DNA of 64,000 nt from a virus (IMGVR_UViG_3300049182_000044:217567-281566), one strand, 5' to 3'; positions 17,812-26,920 are shown, counted from the first letter of the stretch. The notes: generated by a model from the letters alone, not told the origin. Program-made: numbers and translations.

Positions 17812-18258
17812 TCAGATGTGCGGCCGCTTCTTCTTGTCGAACTTGGCCTTCTTCACTTCTTCCTTGTCAACCTTCGGCTTCTTCTTGCCTTTGGCCTTCT
17901 TTTCCTTCTTGACCTTCTTCGGCGTGCCATCGTCGTCCGATGCTTTCGCCTTCTTCTTGTTCTTCTTCGGCTTGTCGCCGTCATCGCCCGAACCTTCGAG
18001 TTCATCAAGCGGCGTGATCTCGAAGTCTTCCTCCTCGCCTGGCTTCGGGATCAAGCCAGCCTCGCGGCCGAACTTGCGCAGCTTCTTGAAGAAGGCATAA
18101 AAATCTTCCGACGCGAGCGTGAAGCCCGATTTCGTCGGTAGCAGCTCGTCGTCATCACCGGTCTTGAACTCCCGAAGATTGACCAAGTCCTTGCCTTTGA
18201 ACTCCTCGCGCTTACCTACGATTGCGGTGGACTTGTTTTTAGTGTGCTTGAATTGCAT
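17812..18258 (-). CDS. PC4/YdbC-like ssDNA-binding protein with K-rich tail
   Basis: EEFKGKDLVNLREF...LLPTKSGFTL fits the PC4 pattern (xFKGKxxxDIRxx...PxxKGISL). Confidence 0.75.
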   Translation of the reverse strand: MQFKHTKNKSTAIVGKREEFKGKDLVNLREFKTGDDDELLPTKSGFTLASEDFYAFFKKLRKFGREAGLIPKPGEEEDFEITPLDELEGSGDDGDKPKKNKKKAKASDDDGTPKKVKKEKKAKGKKKPKVDKEEVKKAKFDKKKRPHI

Positions 18259-18316
18259 GTAGTACCCCTTATCGTGAACCTGCGATTGATCGAATCGCCA
18301 CGTTTTGTCCGATTGC

Positions 18317-18441
18317 GCAAACCTGATGGTTCTGTGAATCGCGCAGTGCAGATCCCCTACGTCTACATTATAACATAGATTCTGCGTTTTGTCAATAAAT
18401 CAACCCCTGACGGTCTAGGCTGCCAAAACCGTCAGGTTTGC
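18317..18441 (-). promoter_or_regulatory. promoter cassette P2: sigma70 promoter between inverted 18-bp elements
   Basis: TTGACA(18390-95)-17-TATAAT(18367-72); GCAAACCTGATGGTT 18317-31 and AACCGTCAGGTTTGC 18427-41. Confidence 0.9.
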
Positions 18442-18451
18442 AGAATCCGCG

Positions 18452-18751
18452 TCATACGTGGAAAGGCTCCGTATTGCGAATACGGTCGTACTCGAATCCG
18501 ATCAACTTCGGCTGCGTAACGAGTGAGCATTTGATCTCTGCGTCAGCGTACAGGTCTTCCGGCAGCTTGAAGGGTATATCCTTTTGGCGCCGATGGTGGC
18601 CGATGAAATTGTCGAGGCAGTCTTCGAGTCGGGCCTTCGTCGCCTTGATCGCATCAACGTCAGTCGATGCTAACGATAGTGTATGACACTTGATGTTGCG
18701 ACGAGGTATGTTGATCGAGACTTCAAATAGATGCAAATGCATAGCAGACAT
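18452..18751 (-). CDS. hypothetical protein
   Basis: 99 aa ORF with RBS. Confidence 0.75.
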   Translation of the reverse strand: MSAMHLHLFEVSINIPRRNIKCHTLSLASTDVDAIKATKARLEDCLDNFIGHHRRQKDIPFKLPEDLYADAEIKCSLVTQPKLIGFEYDRIRNTEPFHV

Positions 18752-18763
18752 GGCAGTTCCTTT

Positions 18764-19003
18764 CTATTTTATACTGCGGCCTACGTGCTTGCGCTTCTTC
18801 GCCTTTGCTGCACGGCGTTCGTCACGCGACATAAAATCGGCTGGGCCTAACGGCTCAGTCTTCGGTTTCGGTTTAACCTCCACTCGCTCTACGTTCTGTC
18901 CTGCGATTGCGAGTGCTGCCATTTGCAGCATCAAGCTTTTAGACAAGGACGAGCGCATAGATCCAGCGCCGATAACGATGGTCTTTTTCTTTTCGTCAGT
19001 CAT
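18764..19003 (-). CDS. hypothetical protein
   Basis: 79 aa, ATGA-coupled to upstream ORF. Confidence 0.7.
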   Translation of the reverse strand: MTDEKKKTIVIGAGSMRSSLSKSLMLQMAALAIAGQNVERVEVKPKPKTEPLGPADFMSRDERRAAKAKKRKHVGRSIK

Positions 19004-19239
19004 GTTGGGAGTACGGGTTGTTTGAAGGTGCGGGTGATCTGCGTTGGGGTTTCGCCTTGTACGTCGATGCGGAGATCAGTCATGCGGCAGACGCGGAGAA
19101 CACAGCACGGGCCGACATTGACCCAGAGTACACCACGTTCATCGGTAATGATTTCAACCGTGTGACCCGGTGCCGTAATGTCGGTGTGGCAGTCCATCAA
19201 TTGTTCGTCAGATGGACGTAGTAGATGATTTTGTGGCAT
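19000..19239 (-). CDS. hypothetical protein
   Basis: ATG at 19239 after AAAGGA (MPQNHLL...). Confidence 0.7.
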   Translation of the reverse strand: MPQNHLLRPSDEQLMDCHTDITAPGHTVEIITDERGVLWVNVGPCCVLRVCRMTDLRIDVQGETPTQITRTFKQPVLPT

Positions 19240-19352
19240 GTGATGTCCTTTCGGAATCAAGAATGTAGGCTGCGGCCTAAAATGCAATGCACAGTTCGTA
19301 TGTCTTACAGTTTTACGTCCTGTGCATGTTCTTTACAATTTTGCAGAAACCG

Positions 19353-19643
19353 TCAGATTGTGGGTTTCTTCGAGATCAAAGGGTTGGGAGAATCACCGCG
19401 TTCCCTCAGCTTTCGTATTCGGGTGTTCTGTTGAATCAGCATCTTACGCATATTGGCAACAGCCTCGTTGAAGGCTTTTTCAGCGTTATCGACGCGCTTA
19501 CCAACACCGCTCTCTTCCAGCCAACCCCACGTCTTAGCTGAGACAATCAGGTCTTCGAGAACGGCTTCTTGCTTTTTCGAGAGCTTATCAATTGAGCGAC
19601 GCACCTTGACCTTCGTTTCAGTGCGCGTGATCTTTGTAGTCAT
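19353..19643 (-). CDS. hypothetical protein, paralog of 20031..20252
   Basis: LSKKQEAVLEDLIVSAKTWGWLEESG. Confidence 0.8.
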   Translation of the reverse strand: MTTKITRTETKVKVRRSIDKLSKKQEAVLEDLIVSAKTWGWLEESGVGKRVDNAEKAFNEAVANMRKMLIQQNTRIRKLRERGDSPNPLISKKPTI

Positions 19644-19999
19644 TTCTTTTCTTTCTCTCTGAGTGTGTTTGCAGCTTCGGTGATGAAAGTCTGGAACGCA
19701 AGCGATGGTCGCACGTTATGCTCTTTAACGTAATGTGCGAATCCACATGGCCACATCCACTTCATGCTGAACATGCGGATCGAAAACTCCGCACTACCGT
19801 TCTTCTTTTCGCATACGCGACACGTAGACCAACCGCGATAGAGATTTCTCCGAGCGCGGCTCTCAACTTTGGTGAGAGCCTTGAGAAATTCCTTCTTGCC
19901 AGTCCAGGCACGCTCAAGCGATATAGGCTTCGGCAATCCCTTTTCATAGCCGCCGTGCCAAAAGCCCTCGCGTAGTACAAGTTCTTTTTGCGCGATCAT
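19640..19999 (-). CDS. Cys/His (probable Zn-binding) hypothetical protein
   Basis: YRGWSTCRVC...WMWPCGFAHYVKEHNVRP. Confidence 0.8.
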   Translation of the reverse strand: MIAQKELVLREGFWHGGYEKGLPKPISLERAWTGKKEFLKALTKVESRARRNLYRGWSTCRVCEKKNGSAEFSIRMFSMKWMWPCGFAHYVKEHNVRPSLAFQTFITEAANTLREKEKK

Positions 20000-20565
20000 C
20001 AGAACCTCCTCATTCGTGCGCGAAAGGCTTTCATCGGCGTGTGATAGTCAACAGCACGACGATCCTGTTTAGGCGTTGCAGTTCCTTCTCCATCTGCTTG
20101 CGACTGCGTGTCGCCCGCCGTTTGAACTCCGTCGTTACTTGCGCGTCGTTCCCCTCGGCTGCCTGCCAACCCCATACCTGTTGAGCTTCCTCGAACTCGT
20201 CGAGCAGGCTTTGCTGTTTCCTCGTCAGGTGTCCATGTTTGTTCCCAGCCATGTTGGAGCTCCTGTGCGTACAAAAGAATCCCCAATTCAGTTGGCTCCC
20301 AGACGTTCTCGAATACGAACTTGTTCTTCTCATAGGTTGATTGAACATGCACACGCTTCTTATTCAACCACCCCTTCTTGACCATGCGGCTCAGGATGCC
20401 GCCGACCACCATGTCCTTTTTCGAGTCGGACTTGATTCGCATACTCTGCCGTCCCCAATACGAGCCGTTGATAACGCGGTACGGGTATTCATGAAGCCTA
20501 TCGAAGACCATAAGTATGTCCATGATCTTCTTTTCAGCAGGCGTCATCACAAAATGCTTGGCCAT
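19999..20565 (-). CDS. hypothetical protein, N-terminal winged-helix-like region; C-terminus overlaps a nested ORF
   Basis: AAGGGAGG RBS; GGILSRMVKKGWL...WEPTELG pattern. Confidence 0.7.
   Translation of the reverse strand: MAKHFVMTPAEKKIMDILMVFDRLHEYPYRVINGSYWGRQSMRIKSDSKKDMVVGGILSRMVKKGWLNKKRVHVQSTYEKNKFVFENVWEPTELGILLYAQELQHGWEQTWTPDEETAKPARRVRGSSTGMGLAGSRGERRASNDGVQTAGDTQSQADGEGTATPKQDRRAVDYHTPMKAFRARMRRF
20031..20252 (-). CDS. nested small ORF, paralog of 19353..19643
   Basis: Own RBS CAGGAG; LTRKQQSLLDEFEEAQQVWGWQAAEG. Confidence 0.7.
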   Translation of the reverse strand: MAGNKHGHLTRKQQSLLDEFEEAQQVWGWQAAEGNDAQVTTEFKRRATRSRKQMEKELQRLNRIVVLLTITRR

Positions 20566-20575
20566 ATGGCCTCCC

Positions 20576-21391
20576 TTAGTATTCGTCAGACATCATTATG
20601 CCTTCTGCCTGTTTCAATTCAGCATACATTTCCAGCAAACGCAATGCGTTTGCCGGCGCATAACCCTTGTCGTCGTTATTGAAAAACACATAGACGCTAT
20701 GAGACTTCGTCCACTGGTACAGGTGCTCTAGGTCTTCGTGCAGTTGATCGTCACTATACAGCCCAGTGTACATTCGATGAGGCCCATGGCGTCGTACATA
20801 CAGGATGTCACTTGTCACTACGAGTGGTGTCTTGAACATAGACCAGTCAGCACTCACCAAGGTGGCCTCGTAGCGTTCGAGCAAGCGAAACGTGTCCATC
20901 TGAAACCAGCTAGGATGGCGCACTTCAAGTGCCACGCGAACGCCATACGCACGAGCCATGGTCAAGACCTTGCGTAATGCAACGAGGTCTTGTTGCATAC
21001 GGGCCGGCAGCTGCACCAGCACCGGGCCTCGATTGTGTTCAGGCAACATTAAGAAGCCCTCGAAGAAGTAATCGAGTAGGTCAACACCTTGTGCTGTGCC
21101 TCCTTCACGAATCAATTGCTCGGTCTTGCGTCGCCCGTTACCACGCAACCTCAAACGGCGATTGTGTGTGACAGAGCGTGGAGCTTTCAGTACCAAGGGA
21201 AAGTCCTTCGGTAGCTTCTTAGCCCACGATGCAACGGTCTCGGGTCGAGGTATGTTGTAGAACGAGGAGTTGATTTCGATTGTGTTCACGCGCTCGACGA
21301 TGTAGGACAAGCGGTCCTTCACGCCGGGCGGGTAAAACACGCCGTTGTCCCAGTGCCGATACTGGTAACCACTTGTGCCTACGTATAACAT
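20576..21391 (-). CDS. DUF72 (YecE-like) TIM-barrel protein
   Basis: VGTSGYQY..W..VFYP, TIEINSSFY.IP, LKAPRSVTH, GPVLVQLP, ALEVRHPSWF, YVRRHG, YVFFNND. Confidence 0.9.
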   Translation of the reverse strand: MLYVGTSGYQYRHWDNGVFYPPGVKDRLSYIVERVNTIEINSSFYNIPRPETVASWAKKLPKDFPLVLKAPRSVTHNRRLRLRGNGRRKTEQLIREGGTAQGVDLLDYFFEGFLMLPEHNRGPVLVQLPARMQQDLVALRKVLTMARAYGVRVALEVRHPSWFQMDTFRLLERYEATLVSADWSMFKTPLVVTSDILYVRRHGPHRMYTGLYSDDQLHEDLEHLYQWTKSHSVYVFFNNDDKGYAPANALRLLEMYAELKQAEGIMMSDEY

Positions 21392-21399
21392 AAGGGCCT

Positions 21400-21819
21400 T
21401 TACTCTTCGTCCTCGTTAGGATCCGACTTCATTTCTTCCATCGTGATCTTCGCGAGCTCTTCAGCGGTAGCTTTGCAATCGAGAGCTTCTTGATTCGTCT
21501 TGTAGAAGATGAACCACCCACCTGCATAGTTCGGCGGGAGCAGGTACCCAAGCTCGAGTACAAAGCTGTAGCCTTGTGCAACGTGTGCCGGGACATTCTC
21601 AAAGCCGGCGTAGGGAATCGGCTTCCCTTCAATGAATGCCTTGTATATGTTGAACAGGTCGCCAGTGACCTTGAACGCCGGTTCAGAGCGCGGCCCGACT
21701 TGCAGTAGATCAGACAAACCCATCGGGCCGAACGGCTCACTTAAAACGTAATGCTCCTCGCCCATAAGCTTGATGACAAGCTCGGTGTCAGAGGCTTTGA
21801 GTAACTTATCGGGTAACAT
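21400..21819 (-). CDS. hypothetical protein
   Basis: 139 aa, strong RBS. Confidence 0.8.
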   Translation of the reverse strand: MLPDKLLKASDTELVIKLMGEEHYVLSEPFGPMGLSDLLQVGPRSEPAFKVTGDLFNIYKAFIEGKPIPYAGFENVPAHVAQGYSFVLELGYLLPPNYAGGWFIFYKTNQEALDCKATAEELAKITMEEMKSDPNEDEE

Positions 21820-21822
21820 GAT

Positions 21823-22158
21823 TCATCCTTCCTTTTTCGGTTCAAATTCCCAGTCAAGCCTGTCACGAAAGCCGCGCCCGAATATAACGAGCTGCATGGT
21901 TCGCATGAATGTTTCCTCGTCGTCGATTTTGTACCGATCAACGGCTCTGCAAATCTTGTGACGAGTAATGTGGGTCATCGCAACCTGCACATCGCCTTGA
22001 TCTGTAGCGAGCAGCAGTCGATGCGGTGAGATTTCTTTCACATCGAAGCGTCTGCCTCGTTTGCAGGCATCGGATCGAAACAGGTAGGGCGGTTGCTCTA
22101 CGAATGGTTTTTCAGGAGTGAGCCGCCGTGGCAGACCTTCGAGGAGTGCTTTGCTCAT
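21823..22158 (-). CDS. hypothetical protein
   Basis: 111 aa, coupled to upstream gene. Confidence 0.75.
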   Translation of the reverse strand: MSKALLEGLPRRLTPEKPFVEQPPYLFRSDACKRGRRFDVKEISPHRLLLATDQGDVQVAMTHITRHKICRAVDRYKIDDEETFMRTMQLVIFGRGFRDRLDWEFEPKKEG

Positions 22159-22487
22159 GCGTCACCCCATGTGCCTTGAGTGCGCTCTGCCGGTGACGGA
22201 TCGTTCTCGTAATCCTTGTGTCGATCACGAATAGCCAACTTCATGTGGTGCCACCCACCTAGTACGAGGACCGCATACGGGTATGCAAAGGGCTTCCACC
22301 AATCGTCCGGTGCCCAATAGTAGTACCAAAACCATTCACGGTCATAGTGACCGCGATTGACCAGCCAGCCTATAGTACCATAGACGGCTCGCATCAGGAG
22401 CAGGAGCGCCACGATCAAACAAATGCTGACAAAAATGTGCCAGAGGCTGAACTCTTGCTGCAGCAGAAAAAAGAGAGTAGTTGTCAT
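22155..22487 (-). CDS. membrane protein
   Basis: Hydrophobic WHIFVSICLIVALLLLMRAVYGTIGW; aromatic-rich. Confidence 0.75.
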   Translation of the reverse strand: MTTTLFFLLQQEFSLWHIFVSICLIVALLLLMRAVYGTIGWLVNRGHYDREWFWYYYWAPDDWWKPFAYPYAVLVLGGWHHMKLAIRDRHKDYENDPSPAERTQGTWGDA

Positions 22488-23473
22488 GCGTTATCCTTTT
22501 CTATTACGACATAGTCCTTTGAGACGATGCCCTTAGCTTTGTTACCGCGACCGTGGTCATTCCACCAAAAGATACCCGTCGCCCGCGTTTTGAAATGACC
22601 GATCACAGTTCCCCAACGACGTTCAGAAGAAGTATTGGTGAACATATCACGTATTGCTCCGAAGTTCACCTTCTTCCGGTCTACCCGCTTGGCACCTTCA
22701 CTGACGAAGATATCAAGTGTGTAGTAGTCAAAGAATGGTATGCGCTTGTTCCTCTTCCGCTTCTTGTTCAACTTCTCAGGAGCTTCTGATGCTTGCACGA
22801 CTTTCAGGTTGCGCGTGTTGAGCAACAAGCAGGCGCGAATCGCAGTACACAATTCCTCGGCTACGTCATTGGTCAACGCCGCATGCTGATCCTTCGGAGG
22901 CATGTGACCCATTGTATCGGCGATCATTTCGGTCAAGAACGGATACGTATGAAAGTAGGCCTTGAGCGTTTGATTGTCGATCAGCATACCGTGATCGGTA
23001 GAGCCTGCTATCTCCTCGTCGATGTATGCGGCACCCATGCTCGGTATCCACATCTTCTTTTCGTCGGCGTAGTAGAAGCTCAGCACCAGTACGCCTTGAG
23101 CATTCTGCGGCAAGAAACCTTGCTTCCGGTAGCGTAAGACGGGTCCTGAATTGACACGAGCATCGTACACCAAAGCGATGCGTCGCGTGCTAGCGGCGGT
23201 AGGTACATAAACATCTGCACCGCCTTCGTCCCGTGCGTGGGGACAGCTGTACTCGAATGCGCAAACCTTGTAAGGCAGCCTGAGGAACTTCAACGCAGGT
23301 AGCGTTGCCTTTACGTTCAAAGCATTCGGTGGAGGCAGTAGGAACTTCTTGGCGGCCATCAAGTCGTAGCAAACAGCTTGCAACTCGAAGAAGTCTTTTG
23401 GCATCTTCAACTTTGTCTTCATTAACAGAAGGAGTTTGTCCATCTGCTCCAGACAGTCAGTAACGTAGTTCAT
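22484..23473 (-). CDS. conserved-looking phage hypothetical protein
   Basis: 329 aa; C-terminal V.GHFKTR.TGIFWW..H.RG motif and basic patch. Confidence 0.85.
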   Translation of the reverse strand: MNYVTDCLEQMDKLLLLMKTKLKMPKDFFELQAVCYDLMAAKKFLLPPPNALNVKATLPALKFLRLPYKVCAFEYSCPHARDEGGADVYVPTAASTRRIALVYDARVNSGPVLRYRKQGFLPQNAQGVLVLSFYYADEKKMWIPSMGAAYIDEEIAGSTDHGMLIDNQTLKAYFHTYPFLTEMIADTMGHMPPKDQHAALTNDVAEELCTAIRACLLLNTRNLKVVQASEAPEKLNKKRKRNKRIPFFDYYTLDIFVSEGAKRVDRKKVNFGAIRDMFTNTSSERRWGTVIGHFKTRATGIFWWNDHGRGNKAKGIVSKDYVVIEKDNA

Positions 23474-23510
23474 AGTAGTTCTTTTTCAAATGGGATTGGT
23501 GAAGGCCTTA

Positions 23511-23807
23511 CTAATGGCTTGCTCGTGCCTCTTTTAAGGTGTCCTCCAGTTTCTGAAGGTACGGCTCAATTTCAGATCGGAAAGAAGCAGGAGTGAGTGG
23601 TCTCTCAATACGCAAAGGCTCTCCAACGACCTCCTTGTTTTTCAAGATGCGCTCACTCCCGTCATCGTCGATGAACACCACTCGATGTGCCAGAGCTACG
23701 TCTTGCATCGTGCATGAAAGATCGTAGTAATGAACCTGTCCTGCAGGTTTCATCCGAGCTGCCGAACGTAGGTTGTGGCGACGAATAATCAGTTCGAGGT
23801 ATTTCAT
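23511..23807 (-). CDS. hypothetical protein
   Basis: 98 aa, coupled to upstream gene. Confidence 0.75.
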   Translation of the reverse strand: MKYLELIIRRHNLRSAARMKPAGQVHYYDLSCTMQDVALAHRVVFIDDDGSERILKNKEVVGEPLRIERPLTPASFRSEIEPYLQKLEDTLKEARASH

Positions 23808-24517
23808 GGAATCTCCTGCGCATGCTGCATACGATACCTAGGGTTCTCCCACAAGGATAACTTCTCGTTCCAAGTAGGGTTCTTCAACACCCCGGTGCTT
23901 TGCGTTTCCTTGAACATCCACTGCACTGACTCCTCATAGTCTTTGCCCAAGATGGCATAGTTCTGAAGGTTGATGACCGGGTCCATGCCGCGCATAATTA
24001 ACTCGGCCGTGGCATCGAGCGAAATAAACAGCGCGCGACGAATTGCGTACAAGGGTATGCGACCGCGATAAGCGCATGTGCCCATTGCTTCGAGGCTGCG
24101 CTCAGCGCTCACCTTGTGCATGTCCTTGCGGTGATCCTGCAGGAACATGCTGATTGCTTTGTCGCCTGTGACGCCTCCTTCAACCAACTGACCTGCCGCC
24201 TGGCGCAGCCACAGGATCAATACGTCTTCGTCAGCACAGAACTTGTCCTGCTCAAGAAGCTCTGTATTGATTTCGTAGATGACCGTCTTGTAGACGTCGT
24301 TTTCGTGCAGCGCCTGTTCTGCGAAGAACAACGGGTAAGCACTCGTCAAGTAGATGTGATCGGGGCTCGATTCACCAAATGCATGAGCTGGCCCGACGTT
24401 TGGGTTGCGCACACAGGTTGCGGCGATGCGCGACAAGCAGCGAGGAAGCAGTCCGTTCTCTGCAATTGAATCGTGCCGCGCAGCCGTAGTGCCGTGATAA
24501 AGGAACTTTGGAATCAT
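23804..24517 (-). CDS. ADP-ribosyltransferase-fold protein (H-type; Tpt1/PARP-like start)
   Basis: LYHGTT...SIAENGLLP, HIYLTS, VIYEIN, DED. Confidence 0.65.
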   Translation of the reverse strand: MIPKFLYHGTTAARHDSIAENGLLPRCLSRIAATCVRNPNVGPAHAFGESSPDHIYLTSAYPLFFAEQALHENDVYKTVIYEINTELLEQDKFCADEDVLILWLRQAAGQLVEGGVTGDKAISMFLQDHRKDMHKVSAERSLEAMGTCAYRGRIPLYAIRRALFISLDATAELIMRGMDPVINLQNYAILGKDYEESVQWMFKETQSTGVLKNPTWNEKLSLWENPRYRMQHAQEIP

Positions 24518-24533
24518 TACTTCTCCTTCGACA

Positions 24534-24896
24534 TTAGCTTATTGTGTAGCATTTATTGTTGAGAAGCTCGATCACCCGAGACTTAGGAAGAACTGCTACG
24601 CCTTGACCTTTCACAATACCGTCTCGCAAGTGTTGAATGTAGTTGCCGTATCGAGGTTCAGGTGAACGCTGCGCATCAAGGAGTTGGTGATACTCAGAGC
24701 TTCTTGAAGAGACGTCTGTAATAAGGACGTGCTGCTCCGGCCCGTAAGTTCCTTTCTCGTACACCCACACATTGCAGATAATAGTTTTGTTAGTTACTGG
24801 ATCAACAACCTTGAACAGTGGATGCGTACTTTCGATCTGCGTGTTCGGTGCCAAACCTTCTAGCAGCTCCGGTGTCAATTGCTTAAAGTCTGTCAT
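24534..24896 (-). CDS. hypothetical protein
   Basis: ATG at 24896 after GGGAG. Confidence 0.75.
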   Translation of the reverse strand: MTDFKQLTPELLEGLAPNTQIESTHPLFKVVDPVTNKTIICNVWVYEKGTYGPEQHVLITDVSSRSSEYHQLLDAQRSPEPRYGNYIQHLRDGIVKGQGVAVLPKSRVIELLNNKCYTIS

Positions 24897-25279
24897 TCGA
24901 CTCCCCATTCAATGCGAACGTGATTGTCGAAACAGCCGAGCAGCTTGTATGTGAGTGCAAAGAACTCTATCACTTCACGAATGCACTCAAGCTGCACCCG
25001 ACCATAGTCTTGATTGACCCGAGTGCCTGCATCGACAAATTGCTCTACCAGTTTTCCAATGCGATACAAGTCGTTGAATCGAATTGAAGGTTGCAGAGGT
25101 TTCGGACAAGCCGCTTCGAGATACACATAGCGTGCCGCGTTAGGGTTGATCTTAATTTTGGTGAAATTCAAAAAGCACTCAGCATCAATCTGCTTCACTA
25201 GCACGAGATGCTCTCCGCAGTATAGGTCTGGTGGCAGCGTGGTTTGATTTACGGCTAAGAGCTTCAACGTTGTTTTCAT
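24893..25279 (-). CDS. hypothetical protein
   Basis: 128 aa, AAGGA RBS. Confidence 0.75.
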   Translation of the reverse strand: MKTTLKLLAVNQTTLPPDLYCGEHLVLVKQIDAECFLNFTKIKINPNAARYVYLEAACPKPLQPSIRFNDLYRIGKLVEQFVDAGTRVNQDYGRVQLECIREVIEFFALTYKLLGCFDNHVRIEWGVE

Positions 25280-25463
25280 GCTTGTCCTTCGTAGGTTGTT
25301 TGAATCGAGGCGGAAGACCCGCAGCGAGAAGTGCTTCGAGGCAGCGCCTGTTGAAGTCTCGCTTCGGAATCTTCCTGCTAATAAGTGGAACGATCACATC
25401 GAGCTGCTTTTGATTGAGGAGCGCCTCGGTGTCATTCGGCCCTTTCAGATATACGTGCAACAT
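25185..25463 (-). CDS. hypothetical protein
   Basis: ATG at 25463 after TAAGG; overlaps the next gene. Confidence 0.55.
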   Translation of the reverse strand: MLHVYLKGPNDTEALLNQKQLDVIVPLISRKIPKRDFNRRCLEALLAAGLPPRFKQPTKDKHENNVEALSRKSNHAATRPILRRASRASEAD

Positions 25464-25470
25464 GACTGCC

Positions 25471-25920
25471 TTATGTCGGAGGGTACTCGGAGAACAAGCA
25501 ACTGTTAATCTTGAACAGCAGCTCATCCACGGGTATCGTATGACCGGAACGCTTCTCAAGCTCGTCACGCAACCGAAGAAGCGAACTGACGATTGTTGGA
25601 TGAGGTTGTAGCGGTTGCTCAATACGAGGTATTGTCTCTGCATTGAACGGGTCGTATCCCTCACCGGCTGCGGTCATGTCGAATGCTAGGTCGAACATGC
25701 CACGATGGGTGAAGAAGACGTAGTTTTTCGGTCCACGGTTTGCACCTGTCCATTGTGCAGGTGTCGCAGTAGTGACCTGCACGCCTTCATTTGCGAAGTC
25801 TTGGTCTGCGACACCTGCGCGGTCAATGAACACCGCCTCGTGCTCTTTGCACATCTTGATGACGAGGGCCTTGTTTGCGGGGCTCCACCCCGTGTTTGAA
25901 GCTACTCTAATACGCATCAT
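25471..25920 (-). CDS. hypothetical protein
   Basis: 149 aa, coupled to upstream gene. Confidence 0.75.
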   Translation of the reverse strand: MMRIRVASNTGWSPANKALVIKMCKEHEAVFIDRAGVADQDFANEGVQVTTATPAQWTGANRGPKNYVFFTHRGMFDLAFDMTAAGEGYDPFNAETIPRIEQPLQPHPTIVSSLLRLRDELEKRSGHTIPVDELLFKINSCLFSEYPPT

Positions 25921-26141
25921 CCCTCCTCGACCATATCAATGATGACTTCGCAACCTGCAGCGGTCAGAATGTTGCGAAGAATGTTTGCGGTAATGTCACC
26001 GGACGCCTTGTTGCGCACCACACCGTTACAGCCTTCAAACACCTCGAGGCTGTTCGTCTCGAACTTCTCATGCCCTGCTGGGTAGTTCGAGACGGTTACG
26101 CTATGTTCGTCGGTGGTTAGATAGATTCTTGGTTTTTCCAT
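25917..26141 (-). CDS. hypothetical protein
   Basis: 74 aa. Confidence 0.7.
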   Translation of the reverse strand: MEKPRIYLTTDEHSVTVSNYPAGHEKFETNSLEVFEGCNGVVRNKASGDITANILRNILTAAGCEVIIDMVEEG

Positions 26142-26144
26142 TTC

Positions 26145-26465
26145 TCACTTTCCTTTTACAGGAGTAACGTTGCCTTCAACGGGTGTCTCACCGATGACTG
26201 CACCGGGTACGCGCAGCTTGCATGGGACTGGCTTGCCTGTGTTCGGGTCGAGCCGTTCCTTGCCCCAGCTGCCGTTGCCGTTTGCGAAGTATTCATGCAG
26301 CGTTCCTCGCCAGCAGAACTCGTACACATAAACGGCCGCGCCAGTTGGCGACAAGTCAACGGCGCCCACTAAGCGCGGCTGTGAATCGTACTTTTGAGGG
26401 GCCGGAATCTCTTCACGACAACCGGCAAGCAGCAACGCTGCGGGAATAATGAATAACTGTTTCAT
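26145..26465 (-). CDS. predicted lipoprotein
   Basis: MKQLFIIPAALLLAGC lipobox. Confidence 0.75.
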   Translation of the reverse strand: MKQLFIIPAALLLAGCREEIPAPQKYDSQPRLVGAVDLSPTGAAVYVYEFCWRGTLHEYFANGNGSWGKERLDPNTGKPVPCKLRVPGAVIGETPVEGNVTPVKGK

Positions 26466-26920
26466 TAGGCGGCCTTCTGTTTGTCACCGTCATAAACCTT
26501 GAATGCGGGAACCTTGTGTGGACGTTCCTGCGCTGGCGGCTGCTTCACTGCCTTGCCCTCGACAAAATAGTGAGGATGAATCAAGCGCGGCTGCACATCC
26601 TTTTCATACGAAGCGGGAGGTGCTGTGTACAAACCCAGCATCTTCGGCTTCATGTGAACGAGGCCGAGCGTCTCAGTTGCGTAGTCAACAGCTTCTTGAA
26701 ACGACTTGAATCGGAGGATCGGATACATCAACGTGTGGTCGTCGTCCGAAATCGGTTCTCCGTCTTGCGAATGCACTGTATGCCATCCGTTGCCTGCGTC
26801 AACCTCAAGCTCGAAAAACGGCGACACGAACACGACACGGAACTTCAAGTTGCACTGATACCGAGCATTGTCCTTACGGCGACGGATGAGTGCAAGAATA
26901 AGGTGCGCGATCTTTTTCAT
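26465..26920 (-). CDS. hypothetical protein
   Basis: 151 aa after conserved leader and GAGGGAG. Confidence 0.75.
   Translation of the reverse strand: MKKIAHLILALIRRRKDNARYQCNLKFRVVFVSPFFELEVDAGNGWHTVHSQDGEPISDDDHTLMYPILRFKSFQEAVDYATETLGLVHMKPKMLGLYTAPPASYEKDVQPRLIHPHYFVEGKAVKQPPAQERPHKVPAFKVYDGDKQKAA

Noticed and set aside
18317-18441. Cassette element as a host PsrA box, or AAACTGTAAA as a TyrR box
   Set aside because: The element's spacer is longer than the recalled PsrA N2-4, and the TGTAAA copies lack the TTTACA partner half-site.
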